Positions 55,541 through 64,000 of a stretch of 64,000 nucleotides of DNA are shown piece after piece. Position numbers and translations under genes: made by a program. Below the pieces are notes generated by a model. The model was given only the letters and a program-made list of their open reading frames with translations. It ran no database searches and was not told the origin of the DNA. The stretch spans positions 23,250,001 through 23,314,000 of the forward strand of contig NW_025964361.1 in assembly GCF_023055435.1 (NCBI RefSeq), written 5' to 3'. The number at the start of each line of letters is the position of its first letter. Position 1 is the first letter of the stretch. The stretch comes from Haliotis rufescens (Eukaryota).

Positions 55541-58176
55541 TTGAGTTAAAGTTAAACGTCACATCGGCAATATTTCAGCCATATCGTGACGAAACAAAAT
55601 TGGACATTAACAATATATATTAAGCTGTATAAAATTCTGCCGACGAAGGGCAGTATAAAAACTATCATATCGCCGATTTTCCTAAAACTAGTTTGAGAAC
55701 ATGTTAAAATAGATAACTTACTTAATCATTCGACAACACATTATAAAAACGGGCTATAGATCGCCACCAACTGAAGGTTGATCACCGCGCTTGGGACCAA
55801 GGGGATTTACAATACCTTTGCTACCTGCATGGACCTCAGTCGGATTTACATCATCCCTCCAGTTGTTAGCGACGACTGACATAATTTAGCCAAACATTAA
55901 AATAACATATATGCTACGATTAAAAACGTAGAAGAAATAAATATATACTCACACGCAAAAGAAACGCAAGTGGTTTTAAGCAAATAGGTAACAAACACGG
56001 AACCATAAAGTGATACGAGTTTTAGTATGTAGTGAAGCCTGTTGGTGTTATGGATATTTTTGGTTGCATTTTGGGTAAAACGCAACATAAAAAAAAAAAT
56101 CGCAAAAACGCACCATTTCAATGAATATGTGGGTATCATGCACCCATTTCTCGCAAAATCGAAAATGCACGAACTGTCACGAACTGTCACGAACTGTAGT
56201 GGGTATAAAACTGTGGCCGATTCTTGGACCTACCACTCCTTGGTCAACAATGCCATGCCTAACTCAAATTCAGAGAAATCGGGCTATCGGACGTTTGGAA
56301 GCTGGAGAGTCTGTCCAAGATTTTGCCCGTCATTTCAACGTTAACATAACCACAATTTACCGTCTCCTGCATCTATACAATGCTACAGACCACAGATGAC
56401 CTTCCTCGGAGCGGTCGTCCTAGGGTCACCACACCTCGACAAGATCGGCAGATTACCCGTCAACACCGGCGACATCCGTTCCTAACTGAAAGTGAAAGTG
56501 CTCGACAGACCATAGGGACACATAATCGACACATTAGCCGGGACACTGATCCGACGTCTCCGTTCCAACAACCTCAGATGTCGCCGACCAGCACGTCGTC
56601 CTGTTCTCCAACCACGGCATCGACAAGCACGACTTCAGTGGGCACAGGGTCATAGCAATTGGCGTCATTTGATGAAAGTCGCTTTTGTGTCTCTCCAGTC
56701 AGAATTTGGCGGCGTCGAGGTGATCGTTTCGCTGACAGAAACGGTATGGAAAGGGATCCATGGGGTGGACCTAGCGTCATGATATGGGCAGGGATTTATG
56801 CGAGACTTGGACCCATGTGCTTTCTGAATGTTGGTCAAGGTCGGGGACACGGCGTCACTGCTCAGCGGTATATCGACCAAGTGATCAGACCCAAAGTTGT
56901 TCCCTAGGGCCTTCACAAACAGTCTGATCCACTCAATGTACAGGAGATGTGTGGCAATGATCAATGCTAATGGTGGTCACACCAGGTATTGACTGACATT
57001 TTGTGTATTGGCACGAATCTGTAAGCCCTTAACATATGAAAAAAACAATTATGCCATCTGCCTTTTAATCCATTAAACTGTCTTCAGTCAAATTTGTCAA
57101 TCTAGCCCTATTAGTATTTCTTGTCTTCACTGTTGAAAATACATAACATGTATACTGCATACTCGACTTGCGTTTCTTTGTATACTTTGAAAGAAGTGGT
57201 CTTACATACCCTCTCAGGGGGACAATAATTTTACACTACTTTAACCCCTTTCGAGGATATAGCCACTAACAATCTCAGTTACTGATTTACTCAACCAATT
57301 TATAAAAAAAATATTTATTTACAAAACACAATCAAAATTTATGGATTAAGTGAATTTCTTTTTTATAAACCCAACAAGAAATAAATGAGAACTTACCTGC
57401 GTAAAAAGATCCTTGATTCCTGAGACTTTAAAATATTGATTGTTGTGATGGAAAAATCAAAGCAGTCAAGCAGGACATGCTTGACCGTGATTCTTTCATC
57501 ACAGGGGATGCAGAATGGAGGATCCTCACCTTTCAACAAATATTCATGAGTATATCTAGAATGGCCTTAATACGACCTCTTCAAATATGGACTGACAACC
57601 CAAGTAGGTATAACCGATATTTGCTTTTATTGCATGTAATTTATTTATACCCACTTGGATGTCCCACTTCTGCATTAGATCTCTGAAACATCTAATAACA
57701 GGTTTATAACCATGCTATGGTCCATTGGGACTAAAAGTACTTTTGCTACCTGCATGGACCTCAGCCGGATTTACATCATCCCTTCAGCTGTTGGCGATTA
57801 ATGACAAATTTAGCCAGATTAAACGAACATATATACTACGATTAAAAAATGTGGCAGAAATAAACATACTTTGAAAGACGTGGTCTTACGTACCCTCTCC
57901 GGGGGACAATAATTTTACACTACTTTAACCCCCTTCGAGGATATAGCCACTAACAATCTCAGTTATTGATTCATACTACCAATTGTAAAAGTTATTTATT
58001 TATTTACAAAATACAGCAATCAAAATTTATGAATTAATTTAATTTCCTTTAAAAAACTAAGAATAAAATTAGTGCTGTCTTAGCAGCAGCATCAGCCATT
58101 GTGTTACCAACGATCCCAAAATAGCTGGGTAACCAACAAAAGACGATGTCGTATTGGCCAGTAGCAAGATCATTAA
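55541..58176 (-). mobile_element. I/Nimb-type LINE 3' remnant (RNase H end, C-terminal zinc-binding motif, 3' UTR), interrupted
   Basis: IVFCWLPSYFGIVGNTMADAAAK (RNase H motif, ~58176-58075); HEYLLKGEDPPFCIPCDERITVKHVLLDC (~57550-57460); tail gtcacgatatggctgaaatattgccgatgtgacgtt at ~55590-55555. Confidence 0.85.
55946..57182 (+). mobile_element. Tc1/mariner element inserted in the LINE 3' UTR; transposase pseudogene ~56250-56992
   Basis: TA flanks; TIR core aaagaaacgcaagt / acttgcgtttcttt; peptides RAIGRLEAGES..ARHFNV, PRSGRPRVTTPRQDR, DESRF, GGPSVMIWAGI, GGHTRY. Confidence 0.92.
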
Positions 58177-58404
58177 ATTTTTTTTTTTGTTTAACGCCGC
58201 ACTCAGCAATATTCCAGCTATATGACGGCGGTCTGTAAATGATCGAGTCTGGACCAGACAATCCAGTGATTCACATCATGAGCATCAATCCACGCAGTTG
58301 TTGTTGGTTTGTTGTTTAACGCCGCACTCAGCAATATTCCAGCTATATGACGGCGGTCTGTAAATAATCGAGTCTGGACCACGCAATTGGAATCGATGAC
58401 ATGC
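58176..58404 (-). mobile_element. Two tandem 5'-truncated family B SINE copies
   Basis: gtttaacgccgcactcagcaatattccagctatatgacggcggtctgtaaat occurs at ~58188 and ~58314. Confidence 0.85.
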
Positions 58405-58663
58405 GTGAAGATTCCGCGTCAGAACAGGTCTTCAGCAACCCATACTTGCCGTAAAAGGCGACTTTGCTTGTCGTAAAAGGCGACTAACGGGTTTGGGTGG
58501 TCAGGCTCGCTGACTTAGTTGATACATGTCATCGATCCCAATTGCGTGGATCGATGCTCATGATGTCAATCACTGGATTGTCTGGTCCAGACTCGATTAT
58601 TTTTCAGACCGCCGTCCTATAGCTGGAATATTGCTGAGTGCGGCGTTAAACAACGAACCAACC
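58405..58663 (+). mobile_element. Head-less SINE-like element (family B)
   Basis: gtgaagattcc...cagcaacccatacttgccgtaaaaggcgac...gctgagtgcggcgttaaac. Confidence 0.88.
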
Positions 58664-59289
58664 GAGATAGGATTTGGTAAACTGTCCATCCAAGAACAGC
58701 ATCTTGTTGGTAATGGTGAAGAATGGCGATCCGTCGATTCCCCGGTTGTCTACGATCCAACGAAGGATGACAATCTTGTCGATTCTCCGAGGTACGATAT
58801 GGTGAACTGTCGACATGGTAGTCCATCGAAGAACGTTAACATGTCGATAATGGTGAAGCATGGCGATCTGTCCATCCCTCGATCACTCGGTCGTTAACGA
58901 TCCAGCGAAGGAAGACGATCCTGCGAGTGAAGGTCCGTCCGTCGTCAGTCGGCTATCTCTTACTTGCCGACGATTGTCCTGTTTTCGGTCAGAAGGGTTG
59001 TAGCCCTTAGAAAGCCGGAGAGGTGTAGCTGTATCATCAGAGCGCTGCAGAAGCGATGACCCGAGTAACAAGCGTGTTGGGGGAAGAGGTAACGCTCAGT
59101 TGACGTTTTGACTTCCCCGCTGAGTAAAGGGCCGTAGTCCTGCACGATGATTGTTGAATATTGTTATTGTATGAGAGGAAAAAACAACAATCAAGGGCAA
59201 AAGTGAGCGTGGCTCACTAATAACCCCGACCCGCCTAGTGTGTCGGTAGTTTCAAATTAAATAATGGATAGCTAAAGGGTTAGGGTTTG

Positions 59290-59500
59290 AAAAAATCATT
59301 AAAAAAAATGGAAAATTAATAAAAACATTTTTCTCTCTTTTTGACTGCACCCCTCCATATGACACAGATTATATGTACTAAGTTTGAGCTGAATCCACTG
59401 AATAGTTAAAGAGAAATCGCGCGGACAAAGTTTTCGGACGGACAGACAGACGGGCGGAACCTTGGTATAACTATATACCCCCGATATAAGCCAGGGAGCT
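59290..59500 (+). mobile_element. Helentron/HINE-like non-autonomous fragment
   Basis: aagtttga..gaatcc core, cggacggacagacagacgg microsatellite, then ctatataccccc..ggg terminal hairpin-like motif, the typical layout of DINE-1-like elements. Confidence 0.55.
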
Positions 59501-59576
59501 GACACGTGCACGGCGTGGTCCGCACAGAGGCGGGAATCGCGGCAGTCAAACGAGACGGAGGGCGATCCTCCTCAAC

Positions 59577-59852
59577 GGTTGGTTGGTTGGTTGGTTGGTT
59601 GTTTAACGCCGCACTCAGCAATATTCCAGCTATATGACAGCAGGTCTGTAAATAATCGAGTCTGGACCAGACAATCCGGTGATAAATATCATGAGCATCG
59701 ATCCACGCAACTGGGATCAATGACATGCATCAACCAAGTCAGCGAGTCTGACCACCCGATCCCGTTAGTCGCCTTTTAGGACAAGCATAGTCGCCTTTTA
59801 AGGCAAGCATGGGTTGCTGAAGACCTATTCTACCCCGGAATCTTCACGGGTT
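59577..59852 (-). mobile_element. Head-less SINE-like element (family B), full length
   Basis: Reverse complement begins cccgtgaagattccggggtagaataggtcttcagcaacccatgc; (aacc)n tail. Confidence 0.9.
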
Positions 59853-60596
59853 AAAAACTTAGGATTAATGTTTACTTAATGTCTATGTTTCTACACAAAT
59901 GTTTGGCAATACTTATATGATAACCCTTTCATTTACTTAAAAAAATATTTGACACATAAATAAGCAGATTTGGGACAGTAGTATACTGAGGACTTGAGGT
60001 ACTCATACTATCTTTACATATGACTTTTTCATTAAGAGCATTTACAACCTTCTAATGTTCATTTACGTTTAAGTATATACATAATCTTCTGTGATTTTCT
60101 CCAGGACGTAAAATTAAAAATATTACTTTTGTTATTTCATAACAATAAAGATGAAAATCAGTACATAAATTAGCAAAACACCACCTTGCAATTATTGCTT
60201 TGGAATATGACTGAAGCACTACTGATTTCGGTATAAAAATCACTTCAAATCTTAGTAACAAAATCACTACCAGTACATTTCCCCACACCCACATAAACAA
60301 ATGATAATCTTGCTAATATTTGTCAGAGTATTAGTTTAAAGTTTGCGTCCAAATTCTATTTAGTCCAGTTTAATCTACATGTAACCTAGCTCTTCGTTGA
60401 AATCACAGTATGTTTATCATGTATGTACTTTTAAACTTTGATACAATACAATACGATATGATACAATATGAAATACTTTATATGGTGATATGAATTACAC
60501 ATGTACGTATACATGCGTTAATTGAAACTATACAAATAATATCCAATAAAATAAAATCGTGACGTATAGCGTTCCGGCTCTTTTACATATTTAGCG

Positions 60597-60705
60597 TCAT
60601 GATATCAATCACTGGACTGTCTGGTCCAGACTCGATTATTTACAGACCGCCGTTATATAGCTGGAATATTGCTGAGTGCGGCGTAAAACAACAAACCAAC
60701 AAACC
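60597..60705 (+). mobile_element. 5'-truncated family B SINE
   Basis: tcatgatatcaatcactggactgtctggtccagactcg...cggcgtaaaacaacaaacc. Confidence 0.82.
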
Positions 60706-61398
60706 AGCATATGTAACTACCACGAAAATAGGTGACGTGACGGACAGAACGACGAGCATAATATTTCATGTTGTGATGAATCAAATCTCGTAGACGGCGA
60801 TGCTTGAGGTTAGTCATCGCTGCTGCAGAGTGTAACAATTAAACTCAAATCTTTAACATACGACATTTTAAACCTGGAGAATCTTACCTTTCTAAGTCTT
60901 AAACGTCCTTGCAATGCTTCTCTTCTCTATGGGCTTTGTTGGCGCTGTCTCGCTGTTAGAGCTCCTCAAAGTTATATCTAAGCTCCTTACAGCGATAGCG
61001 CGCAGCTGCCACGTGCTGGTAAGGAGCTTCAGTCTACATGTTTACTGAGCTCTCCGTGGTTTGATGGAGCTTTGTGGTCATCCGTGGATGACGTTAGAAA
61101 ACAACTCAGATTTCGGTAACAATGTTTTTATTTATCGGATGCAGCTTACTGTAGTGCTCATTGGCTCAAACTGCCGACTATGGCTCTCGCTTCATAGATT
61201 CCACGAAATAACGTTAATATGTTCAAAAGTTTATTAATAATTGCTAAGTGTACTAAAAGATGACAATAAAACTATCAAATAAACCAAATGTGTGCTGACC
61301 AAGATAACTGATTAACTAAATCAGAGCAAATACACATGCGGCTCAGGCCACATTTGTTATATTTCTTGGTTCATGGATTTCAAACTCAATTCAAAAGT

Positions 61399-61657
61399 GA
61401 AGATCCGGGGTAGAATAGGTCTTAAGCAACCCATGCTTGCCGTAAAAGGCGACTATGCTTGTCCTAAAAGGCGACTAACGGGATCGGGTGGTCAGGCTCG
61501 CTGACTTGGTTGATGCAGGTCATCGATCCCAATTGCGTGGATCGATGCTCATGATATCAATCACTGGATTGTCTGGTCCAGACTCGATTATTTACAGACC
61601 ACCGTCATATAACTGGAATATTGCTGAGTGCGGCGTAAAACAACAAACCAACCAAAC
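61399..61657 (+). mobile_element. Head-less SINE-like element (family B), full length
   Basis: Family sequence; probable 7 bp TSD caaaagt at 61392 and 61658. Confidence 0.9.
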
Positions 61658-62344
61658 CAAAAGTAAGGTAGGCACACACAAAAAAAAAAAAAAAAAAAAA
61701 AGAACTATTTTTTTACTTGACTTTTGTCCTGAAATGTTTGGAAGGTATAAAAAAATATTCTGAAGTAACAAAGTAAAACGAACTCAATTTTAATTATATC
61801 ACTGGCACACAGCATGTGCAGAAATGGCAATATAACAATGCTCGTGTATTTGCCATTTTCGCAGCATGGGCGACGATTAAACTGGTCACTACTGCGTTTT
61901 GCGTTGACTCGCTTAGTTTGGATAAGCGAAGGATCCCAGCGAGAAATATCAAAGAAACTTCCCTTTGCTTTACACTCGACTAAGAAACGAAATGTTTTAT
62001 GTTTGCATTTTCTAAAATAAATATCGGCAGTAATAAAAAAGGAGTAATTTTTATTTTGGACTTTGAAAGAGCGGCGCATCCGTAAACCAAGAAACAAAAA
62101 AATATGTCGCCTAAGCTAAGCTTTGTTTGTTTCTACATTGTTTCTATGATAACTTTGTGGAACGGACGCCTGAATTCTACAAGTTGGCGGTTGTAAGGTA
62201 TACAATTAATATGTGTCAACGTTTTACGTGTTTGAAGTTAATTCTGTTAAACTCAATTGGACTACGTTATGGATTGTGAAGGTGTCTGCCTATTCATACA
62301 GGGCAGTGAAATTCTAAAAAAAGTTATAAATGGCAAGTAATAAA

Positions 62345-62490
62345 TAAAATACTAAACGAGCCCCAGTGTGATGCCAATTTTTTTAAACTCGTGAATAGTT
62401 CTGGTATCTGACTCGCTTTCGCTCGTCAAATATCAGAACTATTCACTCGTTTCATAAAATTGGTATTGCACGGGAGCTCGTTTCGTATTA
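62345..62490. mobile_element. Palindromic MITE-like element
   Basis: Inverted arms (gtgaatagttctggtat / atatcagaactattcac) around ctcgctttcgctcg, the same centre type as 5990-6131. Confidence 0.7.
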
Positions 62491-63302
62491 TATATGTATT
62501 ACAGTTGTAAAATGAGAGAAGATAAAAGAACACTTTGACAAGATACAGACAAGATGCATAAGTATCCAATTAAATCGGTTGCGACCAATTAACACCTGAG
62601 TCTAATGAGTGAGTAACCTCGGCTGGCTTCAATAACTATAATGTTCAGACGTGTCAGTTTCCCTAACATTCAAAAGCAGTTTGGAGCGAAAAGGCGTGGC
62701 AGCTTCCCTCTGACCCATGGGGATTGGTCAGTCGAGTGGACCGTGAGCCACGGTAACGGTATAGCGAGACAGTGATAGAGCTATAGCGCGGTAATTGAGC
62801 GGCTGGTAGCGTGCTGCGCCCGGTACATTGCCTTGTTGCCAAAGTAGTGCGTAACCACCCACACACTAATTCCTTCAACCGGCACTGAAAATAAGAAAAA
62901 GATAGGATAGGTAAGCAGTGTTCTCGGCTACAGCTGTTGATACTGTCGGGTAATGGGTGCTCCAATATTGCCAAGGGGGCAAATAGAATGACCTCCCTCA
63001 GTAATGCTTAACTGAATAACCGCCAAAACGGACCATTGAAAATATCATATTGTTAACAATGATCATATCATGTTTAGTAGTGCACATATTATTCCTGACA
63101 CCGCATTAATGTGACTTATAACACAACGGGTTTAAGCACCTTAATGGTAATCCCCTAGGGACATTCAGAACTCGGTTCCTTTTTTTTAGTTATCTGTGTA
63201 ACCAGAGTGAGAGATTGTGAATAGACCTTCATGAATTTAATCCAGGATCCGCTACTTTATCTCGGTATGGCATGGAGCCCTACATCGCTTCTCGCATCTA
63301 TA

Positions 63303-63480
63303 TTTCAAATTGTAGTTGATGTACTATTGAATACAACTTGATTACTAAAACTGGTTGATATGACTGGCACTTAATTGAGAGCTATTTGCAGCAAATTGTA
63401 GTGGTAGTACTATTGGATACAACTTGATAACTGAAATTGGTTGCCTCCTATTAATATGATTGGCAGTTTATTGACAGCTT
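63303..63480. repeat. Diverged tandem duplication, ~87 bp x2
   Basis: caaattgtagt..gtactattg.atacaacttgat.act.aaa.tggttg occurs twice. Confidence 0.7.
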
Positions 63481-64000
63481 TGATTTATAGAGATGACATA
63501 CATGTAGTCAGTTTCTCTAATTTATCTGCTAGTTAGAATTTTCAATTGTCATGTAATAGCAGTGTTACTAAAATCTGGCACTTTTTTTTCATCGGGTAAG
63601 AAAAGTTGATTCGTCTCGTCAAACATTTTACGAGTCTTACCCCATCGAATAATTGGCACCATACATTCCGGCAGAGAATTTTGTTTTACTTTAGTATCTA
63701 CATGTACTGTTAATTGTAGTAGATACTTACATCACTGTATCTCAGAACGAAGAACTGACAACATCCAAACATGTAATAAGTACACAGAGAATTGTTACAT
63801 GGCATTTCCTGTATATTCCTGCTTGAAGAAAGAGCCTACATGTATGCTGTATGTATCGGTGCAATGTGTGTCCAAATGTACAGTCTCAGCTGGCTAACGG
63901 CATAAAAGGGGCAATTGGTTTCGTATATACCCCGCAGTAGCTCCAGAATGTGTTCCGAGCTACGCAAAAGCTTTTACAAACGTTCTACGTAGTCATGGCG

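Noticed and set aside
60887-61080. Minus-strand exon ending at a gtaag donor, with a small hairpin
   Set aside because: The frames I translated contain stops and there is no clear acceptor.

Overview
This window is AT-rich eukaryotic DNA. The repeat families look molluscan (gastropod/abalone-like, by inference). I find no intact protein-coding gene, rRNA, true tRNA or CRISPR array, and most ORFs in the supplied track are chance frames or transposon debris. Supported content: (i) at least six Tc1/mariner remnants, two with both ends and TA target duplications (38536-39799, 55946-57182); (ii) a 3' remnant of an RNase H-bearing I/Nimb-type LINE in a nested Tc1<-LINE<-Tc1 stack at 55.2-58.2 kb; (iii) three SINE-like families that share a 3' tail with that LINE, several with 7-13 bp target-site duplications; (iv) palindromic MITE-like elements and a Helentron-like fragment; (v) tandem arrays with 83, ~22, 62 and ~31 bp units, plus microsatellites. 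The least explained signals are a set of ancient, same-strand, coding-like paralogous segments across the window (possibly a decayed tandem gene array) and a head-less SINE whose 5' domain looks like a structured RNA. All family assignments rest on motif recognition by eye and have not been checked by database search.
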